Positions 8,651 to 18,369 of a stretch of 59,447 nucleotides of DNA are shown here, piece after piece. Origin of the DNA: Elusimicrobiota bacterium (lineage in GTDB: Bacteria; Elusimicrobiota; Elusimicrobia; Elusimicrobiales; UBA9959); assembly GCA_029267355.1 (NCBI GenBank), contig JAJUJA010000005.1:1-59447 (forward strand), given 5' to 3'. The notes below the pieces were generated by a model, which saw only the letters and a list, made by a program, of their open reading frames with translations, was not told the DNA's origin and ran no database searches. The stretch's first letter is position 1. The number at the start of each line of letters is the position of its first letter. The translations under genes were made by a program, and so were the position numbers.

Positions 8651-9898
8651 TCAGGGCAAAAGCATCCAATCCTGCCAGTAAACTTCTTTTTTCTCCGGCT
8701 TTTTTTCCTGCTTTTTCGGCTTCTTTTCAGCCGGCTTGACAGTTTCCGGGCTGATGTTTTCAGTTTTGGATTTTTCAGTATCTTTTTTAAGTTCTCCGGC
8801 CTTCTTTTTCTCTTTCTGCGCTTTTTCAAATTCTTTCACGGCTTTGAGATTGTCTTCCTTTCTGTTTCTGACGAAATTCTTTTCATTCATTTTAAGGTAT
8901 TTCAAGGATAGCACCTCGGCTTTTTTCTTAATCTGCCTGAGCTTATAAACTTCAGCCCTGTCTTTATCGCTGTGAGATGAAAATTTCACCACAAGCGCTA
9001 TCCTTTGAGTGCCATTACCGAAGGTATCCGGGAACTGCGCCGCATATTCAAGCCTTACAAGGGATATATTCAAGGCGAAACCGGCCGTCATAAAATTGCC
9101 GTTATACGACTGCTTATATCCGCCCATAATGGAGAAAGGCATTTTATTGAATTCCAGTTCAGCGCCTATGCCCTTTTCTATGAAACTTTCCTTAAGTATT
9201 TTTTTGGCGGAAAGACCAAGGTATAGATTTTGATATTTTGAGCGATGGCTTATGCCTGCCTCAATTTTTGCCGAAGTCGGCAATTTCTCGTCTTCATATC
9301 TGTAATTAAGGCTGCCGCCGAAATTATCCAGCAAAAATGAGGCTGTAAAAAAATCGTCAAGAGACTTATAAACCGCGCCTGTGGCAAAGGTCAAAGATGA
9401 AGCCTTGTATTTCTCTGCCAGAGAGCTTTTCACGCTTTTAGCTTTGAAACCCCAGAATAATCTTTCGTCAAAAGGGATGCCCCAGCCGCCGCTTAAGGCA
9501 TAATCGCTTTGCAGATTTATGTTATACTCATTGCCCGATAAATCATAAAATCTTTCATCTCCGCTGTTATAGCCGAGATATGAAAGGCTGAAGCTGCCGA
9601 ATTCGCCGGCGGAATAAATAAGCCCGGCTGAGCCGTATTTGCCTATGCCGTCAGGCGCATTCCAATAAGAAAGCGAAAGCGAGCTTTCCGTAATATGCCC
9701 GAGAAGCCCCGGATTTGACAGGGCTGCGCCTGCGTCATTTACCAGAAAAGAACAGGCGCCGGACAGGGCAAAACAATGCGGAGACGCTTCTTCATTTAAA
9801 AACATAACCGAGGATGTGCCGTAAGTTTCGCAAAATGAAAGGTTAGGCGCCGCCAGAAGCGCCAAAAGCGAGATGAAAAGTATGGCCTTTTTCCTCAT
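8651..9898 (-). CDS. PorV/PorQ-family outer membrane beta-barrel protein with Lys/Glu-rich C-terminal tail
   Basis: Signal peptide, FL..ASP...ALSGA..NPGLL N-terminal pattern, alternating beta-strand pattern, E.LP motif; directly downstream of a CTD-bearing protease. Confidence 0.7.
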   Translation of the reverse strand: MRKKAILFISLLALLAAPNLSFCETYGTSSVMFLNEEASPHCFALSGACSFLVNDAGAALSNPGLLGHITESSLSLSYWNAPDGIGKYGSAGLIYSAGEFGSFSLSYLGYNSGDERFYDLSGNEYNINLQSDYALSGGWGIPFDERLFWGFKAKSVKSSLAEKYKASSLTFATGAVYKSLDDFFTASFLLDNFGGSLNYRYEDEKLPTSAKIEAGISHRSKYQNLYLGLSAKKILKESFIEKGIGAELEFNKMPFSIMGGYKQSYNGNFMTAGFALNISLVRLEYAAQFPDTFGNGTQRIALVVKFSSHSDKDRAEVYKLRQIKKKAEVLSLKYLKMNEKNFVRNRKEDNLKAVKEFEKAQKEKKKAGELKKDTEKSKTENISPETVKPAEKKPKKQEKKPEKKEVYWQDWMLLP

Positions 9899-9900
9899 CT

Positions 9901-12900
9901 TTATTTAACAACAAGTATTCTCTTTGTCTCTTTATAAGACGGAGTCTCTATAACGACAAAATACACTCCGCTTGAAACCTTCCTGCCGGCCTCGTTCAGG
10001 CCCGGCCATATATCGTCATAGCCGCCGGCCGGCCTGTAGCCCTCAAAAACCGTCATAACAAGCCGTCCCTGCTGATCATACACCTTAACCGAAAATTTGC
10101 CCGCCGAATCAGATTTAGAAGTTATATGCGCCTTTTCATTTAGCGAAGGGTTTATTATCCCGCCGTATATTTTGGTTTTATTTGAAGGAGGCGCTATTAT
10201 GTGGAAATAATCGCCGTATATACCGGACTGAGAATCTGTATTTGTAACTGTCAAATTCCAGTCGCCCGGCGGAGCCGAAGCAAGGGGCAGATCGCAGACT
10301 ATTTTGTCATTTGAAACTGAAATTACGGAAGCGTTTATATCGCTGGAACCAGTTTTTGATAAGGTTACCGAAGCTCCGCTTAAAAATCCATAGCCGTAAA
10401 CTTCAAGTCTGAACAAGCCTGTATTAATAGCTGTATTGGCGCTTAAAGACTCCACATACGGCGCTGCGTTATTTATGACAAAAGCACCGCCGGAAACATC
10501 ATATTGCCCGTCAGGATTCAGCACATAAACATCCCATGAACCGGCGGAGCTTCCGGAAAGAGACAGCAGACAGTTTATCTGATAATTCCCCGTCAGAGAT
10601 ATGTTTGAACAAGGTATTACTCCCCCCATACCCCTTTTAAGGAAAGCATTCAAGCCGGGCAAAAAATTAGAGCCGTTTATCCTGACCGTTATATTGCCGT
10701 AGTTTATGGCGGTATTCGGGTATATGGTTGAAATGGAAGGAGGCGGATTCATCACTGCAAGAGCATTGGAAAGAACTGCTTCCTGAGAGTCTGAATTTCT
10801 TACCACCAGATCCCAGTAGCCGGCAGCGGCGCCGTTAAGATTCACTGTACAGGTTATTGTAGAACTGTCGACCCTGTTGATATTAGCGGCATAAATATCG
10901 GAGTATCCCGGCTTTGTAAATCTAACTGAGGGGTTTTCAGAAAAATTGCTGCCTCTTATTGTTACCCCGCTCAATACGCCGTTATTTACCCCTGAAGCCG
11001 GAGACATTGATGTCAGAGCAGGCGGAGGCAGCGTAACAGTAAAAGCAGAGCTTAAAGTAAAGCTTTGCCCGTCAGGATTTATTACCTGAATATCCCAAGT
11101 CCCCGGTTCGGCGCCCGACAAAGGGAAAATACAGGTTATTTTTGTCGGAGAAACCACATTGACGGAAGTTGCGTTTATACCGGAAAAACCGGACCTTATA
11201 AGTTTAACAGAGGCGCCGTTTATAAAATTTGTGCCGCTTAAATCCGTTATTGAGACATTACCAGTATTAAGGCCGGTGTTTGGGGTAATTGAGGTAATAG
11301 TCGGCGGCGGATATATTACCGTAAAAGCGCCGGGCAAAGTGGCGGATGAGCCGTCAACATTGACCACCTCCACATTCCAAGTGCCGGTGCTGGCCCCGCC
11401 TATCGGGAAATCGCAAGTTATCTTGTTGAGATTGACAACATTTACATTCAAAGCGGAAATATCAGAATAGCCTGTCCTTTTAAGTTTTACGGCCGCGCCG
11501 CTCATAAAGCCGCTGCCGGCTAAATCGCTGACCGGCACGCTGCCGTCATTTCTGCCTGATGAAGGAGAAATGGAAGTTACGGAGGTTTTAAGATTATTCA
11601 GTGCATTATAGGCATCCGCTATACCGGCGCCGCATTTATTTGTGCCGTAGCAGAATGAAGAAGGCGGGAAATTTCTGGCGCTTTTTGAGATATTGTAAGT
11701 CATTTCGCTTATTGAGAGATTAGGCTTGAAAGCCAGCATCAAGGCTGCCAGGCCGCTTACATGAGGCGCAGCCATACTGGTGCCGTTTTTTTCTGCATAT
11801 GTATCCGAACCCGGGTTGGTAACGCCGTTATTTCCAAGAGATAAGACGCCATTGCCGGGCGTGCTTTCGCCGCCGGCGGCAGATATATAGACCGTCGGGC
11901 CGTAATTGGAATATGAGGCCATATCGCCGTCAGTTCTAAGCGCTCCCACTGTCACGACATTGGAGCAATTGGCGGGGAAATATGAAGAAGCCCAGTCGGC
12001 TGAATTTCCGGCTGCCGCAACAACTAAAGCTCCTGCCGATACAGCTGAATCTATGGCGCTTTGAATAATGGCCGGACATGAGCCGTAGCCGCCAAGACTC
12101 ATATTTATAACTCTGGCAGGACTTGAATTTGTTGCCGCGCCTGCCACAGGCAAGCCGGCCGCCCACCTTATGCCGTCGGCTATGTCATTTGTATAGCCGC
12201 CCCCTTTACCCAAAACTCTCACCGGAATTATTTTGGCGTTCCAGTCCACGCCGGCCACACCGAGACTATTGTCTGTAGCCGCGCCTATGGTGCCGGTCAC
12301 ATGAAGGCCATGCCATGAACTGTCATCGGTTTGACAGTAAGGGTCTGAGGGATAATCTTCGCAATAGCTGTCATAACACGGGCTGTATGGATCTATTTTT
12401 TCCGCCGCCGTACACCAGTCGCCCGGGTCTGAGGGATCGGAATCCCTGCCGTCGCCGTCATTGGCCGTATCCACATCGCTTATCATATCGTAGCCGGAGA
12501 GAATCCTTGAAAGAGAAATATCTTCATGAGACAATATGCCTGTATCTATAACAGCCACATTTATTGTCGGCGAACCTTTCACTATGTCCCAGGCCAAAGG
12601 CAAATTAAGCCCGGCCGGTTCTGAGCCGGAAGAATGATAATGCCATTGCGCCCAGTATTGAGTGTCATTCGGCACAGCCGCTATTCTGGCCTTGTAAACC
12701 GGTTCCGCTATCTCAATATCGGGGTCCTTTTTTATCTCCTCCAGGATGGAGTCTATCTGAGATTTTTTTGCCCTGTAAGACAGGCGGTACAGCTCAAAAT
12801 CTCCGCCTACTTTCCTTTCATAAGACAAAGCTATGCCGCGGCTTTGAAAAGCGGATATTTTTTTGGAAGCTATGGAAAGGTTTTTTTTGACCGCTTTGTC

Positions 12901-13020
12901 CTTATATTTGACGAGAATTTTATTCGGATGATAGACCGGCTCTTTCCTTGCGGCAAAAGCGGCATTTGAGAGATTGAAAATTAGAGAAAAAACAAGAAAA
13001 ATCCCGATGTTCCTTTTCAT
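9901..13020 (-). CDS. Secreted S8 subtilisin-like serine protease with five IPT/TIG-like repeats and a C-terminal FlgD-Ig/T9SS type A-like sorting domain
   Basis: Signal and propeptide; triad motifs VAVIDTG, HGLHVTGTIG, GTSMAAPHV; five ~93-aa repeats; C-terminus VKVYDQQGRLV..W.G.NEAGRKVSSGVYF..KRILVVK. Confidence 0.9.
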   Translation of the reverse strand: MKRNIGIFLVFSLIFNLSNAAFAARKEPVYHPNKILVKYKDKAVKKNLSIASKKISAFQSRGIALSYERKVGGDFELYRLSYRAKKSQIDSILEEIKKDPDIEIAEPVYKARIAAVPNDTQYWAQWHYHSSGSEPAGLNLPLAWDIVKGSPTINVAVIDTGILSHEDISLSRILSGYDMISDVDTANDGDGRDSDPSDPGDWCTAAEKIDPYSPCYDSYCEDYPSDPYCQTDDSSWHGLHVTGTIGAATDNSLGVAGVDWNAKIIPVRVLGKGGGYTNDIADGIRWAAGLPVAGAATNSSPARVINMSLGGYGSCPAIIQSAIDSAVSAGALVVAAAGNSADWASSYFPANCSNVVTVGALRTDGDMASYSNYGPTVYISAAGGESTPGNGVLSLGNNGVTNPGSDTYAEKNGTSMAAPHVSGLAALMLAFKPNLSISEMTYNISKSARNFPPSSFCYGTNKCGAGIADAYNALNNLKTSVTSISPSSGRNDGSVPVSDLAGSGFMSGAAVKLKRTGYSDISALNVNVVNLNKITCDFPIGGASTGTWNVEVVNVDGSSATLPGAFTVIYPPPTITSITPNTGLNTGNVSITDLSGTNFINGASVKLIRSGFSGINATSVNVVSPTKITCIFPLSGAEPGTWDIQVINPDGQSFTLSSAFTVTLPPPALTSMSPASGVNNGVLSGVTIRGSNFSENPSVRFTKPGYSDIYAANINRVDSSTITCTVNLNGAAAGYWDLVVRNSDSQEAVLSNALAVMNPPPSISTIYPNTAINYGNITVRINGSNFLPGLNAFLKRGMGGVIPCSNISLTGNYQINCLLSLSGSSAGSWDVYVLNPDGQYDVSGGAFVINNAAPYVESLSANTAINTGLFRLEVYGYGFLSGASVTLSKTGSSDINASVISVSNDKIVCDLPLASAPPGDWNLTVTNTDSQSGIYGDYFHIIAPPSNKTKIYGGIINPSLNEKAHITSKSDSAGKFSVKVYDQQGRLVMTVFEGYRPAGGYDDIWPGLNEAGRKVSSGVYFVVIETPSYKETKRILVVK
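10195..11586 (-). repeat. Five tandem Ig-like (IPT/TIG) protein repeats inside the S8 gene (approximate bounds)
   Basis: Repeated P.(I/V)TSI.P..G.N.G....L.G..F..GA.V.L...G...I.A........I.C...L.G...G.W...V.N.DGQ consensus. Confidence 0.8.
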
Positions 13021-13087
13021 AATTTAAATTATATAATAAGCCGGTCACAAAATTGTTTTTTTTTTGTTAAATGAATATAATGGACTT

Positions 13088-13771
13088 ATGAGTTTTTCTC
13101 TTATAATAAACGGCTGCGAAGGAAAAATGGGACGCGAAGTTGCCGCCCAGAGCCGGCTTTTCGCTCAAATAAAGGAAATCATCGGCATTGATAAGGACAA
13201 TAACCTTTTTTCAAAGACAGACCTGAAATACTCGCACAAGCCCTTGTTGATAGATTTTTCATCTCCTGAAGGCGCACTATCCGCCCTTAAATTCTGCCAA
13301 ACCAATAAAATCCCTGCGGTAATCGGAACCACCGGCTTTTCGGAAAAACAAAAAAGAGAAATTTTGTCATTCTCAAAAAAAATACCGGTGTTTTTATCCT
13401 CAAATATGAGCGCCGCAGTAAATTTGACTTTTCTTGCAGCTGAATTTCTGGCCGGAAATCTTGATTTTGACATTCACATACATGAAACGCATCACACAGC
13501 CAAAAAAGACGCGCCGAGCGGCACGGCTTTAACCTTCGCTTCCTTTATTGAAAAGGCCGGGAAAAAAGCGGCTATAACAAGCGCAAGAATAGGAGACATA
13601 AAGGGCGAGCATGAAATAGTATTTGCCGGGCCGGGCGAAAAGGTCGTATTGAAGCATTGCGCCTTTGACCGCTCAATATTTGCCGGAGGCGCGATTAAAG
13701 CCGGTCTTTGGCTCGCCGGCAAAAAACCGGGGCTTTATAATTTCCAGGACTATTTCAAGGCAAAGATATGA
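13088..13771 (+). CDS. dapB: 4-hydroxy-tetrahydrodipicolinate reductase
   Basis: GCEGKMG, IDFS, VIGTTG, ETHHTAKKDAPSGTA. ATG at 13088 lies 6 nt after TATAAT. Confidence 0.94.
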   Translation: MSFSLIINGCEGKMGREVAAQSRLFAQIKEIIGIDKDNNLFSKTDLKYSHKPLLIDFSSPEGALSALKFCQTNKIPAVIGTTGFSEKQKREILSFSKKIPVFLSSNMSAAVNLTFLAAEFLAGNLDFDIHIHETHHTAKKDAPSGTALTFASFIEKAGKKAAITSARIGDIKGEHEIVFAGPGEKVVLKHCAFDRSIFAGGAIKAGLWLAGKKPGLYNFQDYFKAKI

Positions 13772-14937
13772 TAAAACTAAGTTCCAATCTGAAAAAATTC
13801 AAGCCATTTCTGTTTGAAGAGCTTTACAGAAAGGAAAGGGCGGAAAGAGCCAAAGGCAAAAAAGTTATAAGCATGGCTGTAGGCGATCCGGATATACCGA
13901 CGCATCCGGATATAGTTGAATTTGCTCTTAAAGAGACTCAAGATGCTATAAATCACCGTTATCCCAATACTAAAGGTAATCAGAATTTAAGGGAAGCCGC
14001 GGCGCGCTGGCACAAAAGAAGGCACGGCATAGATTTTCATCCGCATGATGAGATTTCGATTTTGATAGGCTCAAAAGAAGGGATAGCGCATTTGCCTTTT
14101 GCCGTAATGGAAAAAAAAGACATTTGCCTTATTCCCGACCCGACATATCCAACTTACAGAACAGGCGTTCTTTTGTCAGGCGGAGAGATATATGATGTGC
14201 CTTTGAAAGAGGAAAATGGTTTCCTTCCTGACCTGGCCAAAATACCTCAAAAAATAGTAAACAGAACAAGCCTGTTCTTTTTGAATTATCCCAATAATCC
14301 GACGGGAGCGGCAGCTGATAAGAATTTCTATAAAGAGCTGGTTAAATGGGCGCTTAAAAATGAAATAGTGATAGCGCTTGACGCCGCCTATTGCGAGATT
14401 TACTTTGGAGAGCCGACAAGCAGCATTTTTGAAATTCAAAACGCAAAGAAAGTCGCGGTAGAGTTTTATTCCGCCTCAAAAACATACTGTATGGCCGGCT
14501 GGCGCATAGGCTGGGCTGTCGGCAACTCCAAACTTGTCTGCGCTTTAAATCAGCTTAAAGAAAACATAGATTCGGGGCAGTTCAATGCCGTCCAAAACGC
14601 TGTAGCCTACGCCCTGGATAATCATGAGAGAGTATCGCCGCCTGTAAGGGAAAAATTCAGGGAAAGGGCCGATTTTTTCTCAAAAGCCCTTATTGAATGC
14701 GGCTGGAAAATAGTAAAGCCCGGCGGGTCCTGCTTTATATGGGCAAAAACGCCGGTTAAATGTAAAAGCGAAAAAGCAGCTGTTTTTCTGCTTGAAAACG
14801 CCGAGGTTCTCGCCGCGCCCGGGGCCGGCTTCGGCAAAAACGGAGAGGGCTATATAAGATTTTCGCTTACTCTGGAAGATGAGCTTCTCAAGCAAGCCGC
14901 TGAAAAAATTCAAAATCTGGACTGGAGCAAAATATGA
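13768..14937 (+). CDS. dapL: LL-diaminopimelate aminotransferase (class I/II PLP)
   Basis: VGDPD, LIGSKEGIAH, NYPNNPTG, DAAY, SASKTYCMAGWRIG; translationally coupled to dapB. Confidence 0.8.
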   Translation: MIKLSSNLKKFKPFLFEELYRKERAERAKGKKVISMAVGDPDIPTHPDIVEFALKETQDAINHRYPNTKGNQNLREAAARWHKRRHGIDFHPHDEISILIGSKEGIAHLPFAVMEKKDICLIPDPTYPTYRTGVLLSGGEIYDVPLKEENGFLPDLAKIPQKIVNRTSLFFLNYPNNPTGAAADKNFYKELVKWALKNEIVIALDAAYCEIYFGEPTSSIFEIQNAKKVAVEFYSASKTYCMAGWRIGWAVGNSKLVCALNQLKENIDSGQFNAVQNAVAYALDNHERVSPPVREKFRERADFFSKALIECGWKIVKPGGSCFIWAKTPVKCKSEKAAVFLLENAEVLAAPGAGFGKNGEGYIRFSLTLEDELLKQAAEKIQNLDWSKI

Positions 14938-15854
14938 CTGCGCAAGAAATCATAATCTGGACTATTCTGTGTTTAATAGCTCTTTTCGTTCTAAGCGTCT
15001 ATCTCTCGTATAAAAAAAGAGACGCCATATTGAATCCCCCCAACCGCCGCTCGCCTGTAACAACCACGCCGGAAAATTTTCATCTGGCTTATGAAACTGT
15101 GTTCTTTAATTCGTCAGACGGCATAGAGCTTAACGGCTGGTTCATACCCTGCTCCAGCGGAGAAAGCTCAAAAACGATAATATTTTGCCACGGCTGGGCG
15201 TCAAACAAGGGAGAATTGCTCAAAGATACGCATTTTCTTGCCGAAAAAGGATTTAACCTTTTCTATTTTGATTTCAGGGGCTGCGGGGAAAGCAAGGATG
15301 CCGGTATATCCTCAGTCGGCTATCTGGAAACAAGAGATTTGGACGGCGCTTTCAAGTTCATCACAAGCGCGAGGCCCCAGCAGGCCCGGGAAGTTTATCT
15401 TTACGGCTGTTCAATGGGAGGATCAGTGGCCGTTTACCATGCCGCTCACAACAGCGAAATAAAGGCTGTTCTTGCCGAAAGCACTTTTTTCTCCTTTGAT
15501 TCAGTCATAAGAAGATGGAGCTGGAAAAGATTGAAAGTTCCCTATTTTCCCCTGGCTGCAATGACCATTTTCTTTGTCAAAAGAAAACTTAAGGTTGATC
15601 CCAATCTCTATTCTCCGGCGGCAAATATAGGCAAGATTTCAGTTCCGCTGTTTTTGATAAACGGCGATAATGATGATCTCGTTTCAATACAGGAGGCGCA
15701 AAAACTCATTGAGCTTTGCGCTTCGCCGGCAAAAGACCTGTGGATAGTAAAGGGCGCAAGCCATGCCAAATGCCCTGAAACTGCCGGTATTCATTTTGCT
15801 GAAAAGGTGACGGAATTTTACTGCTCGGCTGCGCAGCCCGCCGCGGCTAAATGA
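14934..15854 (+). CDS. Membrane-anchored alpha/beta hydrolase
   Basis: N-terminal TM helix, HGW, DFRGCGES, GCSMGG nucleophile elbow, later D and H. Confidence 0.85.
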   Translation: MTAQEIIIWTILCLIALFVLSVYLSYKKRDAILNPPNRRSPVTTTPENFHLAYETVFFNSSDGIELNGWFIPCSSGESSKTIIFCHGWASNKGELLKDTHFLAEKGFNLFYFDFRGCGESKDAGISSVGYLETRDLDGAFKFITSARPQQAREVYLYGCSMGGSVAVYHAAHNSEIKAVLAESTFFSFDSVIRRWSWKRLKVPYFPLAAMTIFFVKRKLKVDPNLYSPAANIGKISVPLFLINGDNDDLVSIQEAQKLIELCASPAKDLWIVKGASHAKCPETAGIHFAEKVTEFYCSAAQPAAAK

Positions 15855-16198
15855 AAAAAAGCCTTTTTATAATTTCCGGTTTTATATTTCTGCTTACAGG
15901 CCTGATAGGCGTATTCATTCCGCTTCTGCCGACCACTCCGTTTCTGCTTCTGGCAATTTTTTGCTGGACAAAAGCAGACGGCAGTCTCAATAAAATTATT
16001 CTTGAATCAAAATACCTCGGCCCTTACGTGAAGAATTACCTTGAGGGGCGAAAGACTCCTCTCAAGGTAAAGATAATTTCAATAATTTTTCTGTGGGTCT
16101 CTTTAACCGCCGGATTCATAATCTCAGGCAAAGAATGGCTGGCAATTCCGCTTGCCGCTATCGGAATAGGTGTAACCTGGCATATATTGAAAATTTAG
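15851..16198 (+). CDS. YbaN (DUF454) family membrane protein
   Basis: GLIGVFIPLLPTTPFLLLA signature. Confidence 0.88.
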   Translation: MKKSLFIISGFIFLLTGLIGVFIPLLPTTPFLLLAIFCWTKADGSLNKIILESKYLGPYVKNYLEGRKTPLKVKIISIIFLWVSLTAGFIISGKEWLAIPLAAIGIGVTWHILKI

Positions 16199-16222
16199 CC
16201 GCGCGCCTTTAAAAAAACCTTA

Positions 16223-18352
16223 TCAATGCTTGAAATGTCTTATACCTGTCAAAACCATTTTTATCCCAAGCTCTCTGGCCTTGGCTATGACCTGCTCATC
16301 TCTTATTGAACCGCCGGGCTGTATTATGGCAGACACCCCTATGGCAGCGGCCTGCTCAATGGCGTCTTCAAAAGGGAAAAAGGCGTCCGAAGCCATAAAA
16401 AGCGCCTGCGGTTTGCTATTATTTTTAAGCCATTGGGAATATTTATGGCCCGCCATAAAAACCGAATCCACTCTGGACATCTGGCCCGCGCCTATGCCAA
16501 CGGTTTGAACCCCGTCGGATAAAACTATGGCATTGGACCTTACATGTTTAACGCAGACAAAAGCGAAGGAAAGGGCTTCTTTTTCGCTTTGAGAAAGCTC
16601 GCCTGACACCTCTTTCCACGGCCAGTCAAAAATCTTATCGTCTGCACCGCAATACAAAATCTGATTTCCCAATGACCTGAAGGACGCAAGATTCCTTATG
16701 TCCCTTGAAAACTTTATTATCCGCAGATTTTTTTTGGACTTCAGAATTTCAAGCGCCCGCGGCTCAAAATCAAAAGCGGCGACAACTTCCACAAACTTTT
16801 TCTCTATGAATCCGGCCGCCTCAACCGGAAGCTTTCCGTTAAAGGCTATTATTCCGCCGAAAGCCGACAGAGGATCGCAGTTAAAAGCTCTTTCAAAGGC
16901 CTGGCCGTGATTTTCTCCTATAGCGGCGCCGCAAGGCGTAACATGCTTGAATATTACGCAGGCCGGCCTGTCAAAATCGCATACAGCGCGCATACTTTCG
17001 TAAATATCAAGGAGATTGTTGTATGAAAGCTCCTTGCCCCAAAGTTTTTCAAAGGGCAAGGAATCCATTGAGTAAAGAGCGGCTTTCTGATGAGGATTTT
17101 CGCCGTATCTGAGATCAAGCTCCTTTTTTGCAGTTTTGGCAAAAATATTTTTTTCGGAAAGTTTTTCGCAAATAGCGCTGTCATAGGCGGCGGTATGCGA
17201 GAAAGCCTTAACAGCCATGGCCTTTGAAGTTTCAAGAGATAAAGAGCCCTTTTCTTTAAGCTCGGCAAGCACGGCATTGTAATCAGCCGGGTCGCAGACC
17301 GGGCAGCAATCCTGATAATTTTTGGCGGCAGCCCTTAACAGAGAAACGCCGCCTATGTCTATATTTTCTATCAATCTTTCAGACCAGTTTTCTTCGCCGG
17401 CGGCAGTTTCAACAAAAGGATAAAGATTAACAGCGGCTATATCTATTGAGGGTATGAGATTGGCGGCCGCCTGCGAAGCGTGCTTTGGATCATTTCTTTT
17501 ATATAAGAGGCCGGCAAAGATCCTGTTATTAAGCGTTTTCACTCTGCCGTCAAGTATCTCCGGATATGAAGTTAAGGCGTCAACGGCTATCACATCAATG
17601 CCGCCGCTTTTGAGCAGATTGTAAGTGCCTCCGGTGGCAATAAGCGTAAACCCCATACCGCAAAGCCCTTTTGCAAATTCCAAAGCGCCTGTTTTATCGC
17701 TTAAAGATAAAAGCGCAAAACGCATTCTTTTGCCCTTTTCGTGCGGCAGAATTGATGCTTTTCCATTTTCAACCTTTATAAGCCCTCTGCAAAAAAGCTC
17801 GGCTATTTGCGGATATAAATACAGTTCCGTTCTGTTTATTTTTTCAGCCAGCGTTTCCGGAGTTTCGCCGTCTTCAATGAAAACCTGCTGCTGGGCTATT
17901 ATCGGCCCTTTGTCATATTCCTCATTTACAAGATGAACTGTTACGCCGGAGATCTTAGCGCCGCTTGCTATTACAGCCTGATGAACTTTTTCGCCGTAAA
18001 AGCCTTTGCCGCCGAAGGCGGGAAGAAGGGAAGGATGAACATTAAGTATTCTGCCTTCATATTTTCTTACGAATCCGCGGGGAAGTTTTGAAAGAAAACC
18101 GGCCAGAAAAACCGCCTCCGCCCCTTTTTCTTCAACGGCTGAAATAAGCGCATTTGAATACTCGGCCTCATTTTTAAAGTCTTTGGAGGAGATTTTGACG
18201 ACCGGCACGCCTTCGCTTGAAGCCTTTGAGGCGGCGGGGCAATCCCTGTCGGTAACCGCCAGAACAACCTGCGCGGCGCCTGTTTTCCTGAAGCGGCTTA
18301 TCAAAGCGGCCATATTGCTGCCCCGGCCGGAAGCAAAAATACAAACCTTCAT
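16223..18352 (-). CDS. purH: Fused PurN-PurH: GAR transformylase + IMP cyclohydrolase + AICAR transformylase
   Basis: aa ~1-200 PurN (ASGRGSN, LNVHPSLLP, GVTVHLV..YDKGPII). From aa ~210 a complete PurH (ALLSLSDK, GRVKTL, IDIGG, LRYGENPHQ, GAGQMSRVD, RHFKH). One ORF. Confidence 0.92.
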   Translation of the reverse strand: MKVCIFASGRGSNMAALISRFRKTGAAQVVLAVTDRDCPAASKASSEGVPVVKISSKDFKNEAEYSNALISAVEEKGAEAVFLAGFLSKLPRGFVRKYEGRILNVHPSLLPAFGGKGFYGEKVHQAVIASGAKISGVTVHLVNEEYDKGPIIAQQQVFIEDGETPETLAEKINRTELYLYPQIAELFCRGLIKVENGKASILPHEKGKRMRFALLSLSDKTGALEFAKGLCGMGFTLIATGGTYNLLKSGGIDVIAVDALTSYPEILDGRVKTLNNRIFAGLLYKRNDPKHASQAAANLIPSIDIAAVNLYPFVETAAGEENWSERLIENIDIGGVSLLRAAAKNYQDCCPVCDPADYNAVLAELKEKGSLSLETSKAMAVKAFSHTAAYDSAICEKLSEKNIFAKTAKKELDLRYGENPHQKAALYSMDSLPFEKLWGKELSYNNLLDIYESMRAVCDFDRPACVIFKHVTPCGAAIGENHGQAFERAFNCDPLSAFGGIIAFNGKLPVEAAGFIEKKFVEVVAAFDFEPRALEILKSKKNLRIIKFSRDIRNLASFRSLGNQILYCGADDKIFDWPWKEVSGELSQSEKEALSFAFVCVKHVRSNAIVLSDGVQTVGIGAGQMSRVDSVFMAGHKYSQWLKNNSKPQALFMASDAFFPFEDAIEQAAAIGVSAIIQPGGSIRDEQVIAKARELGIKMVLTGIRHFKH

Positions 18353-18369
18353 TACGCCTCCCGTAAAGA

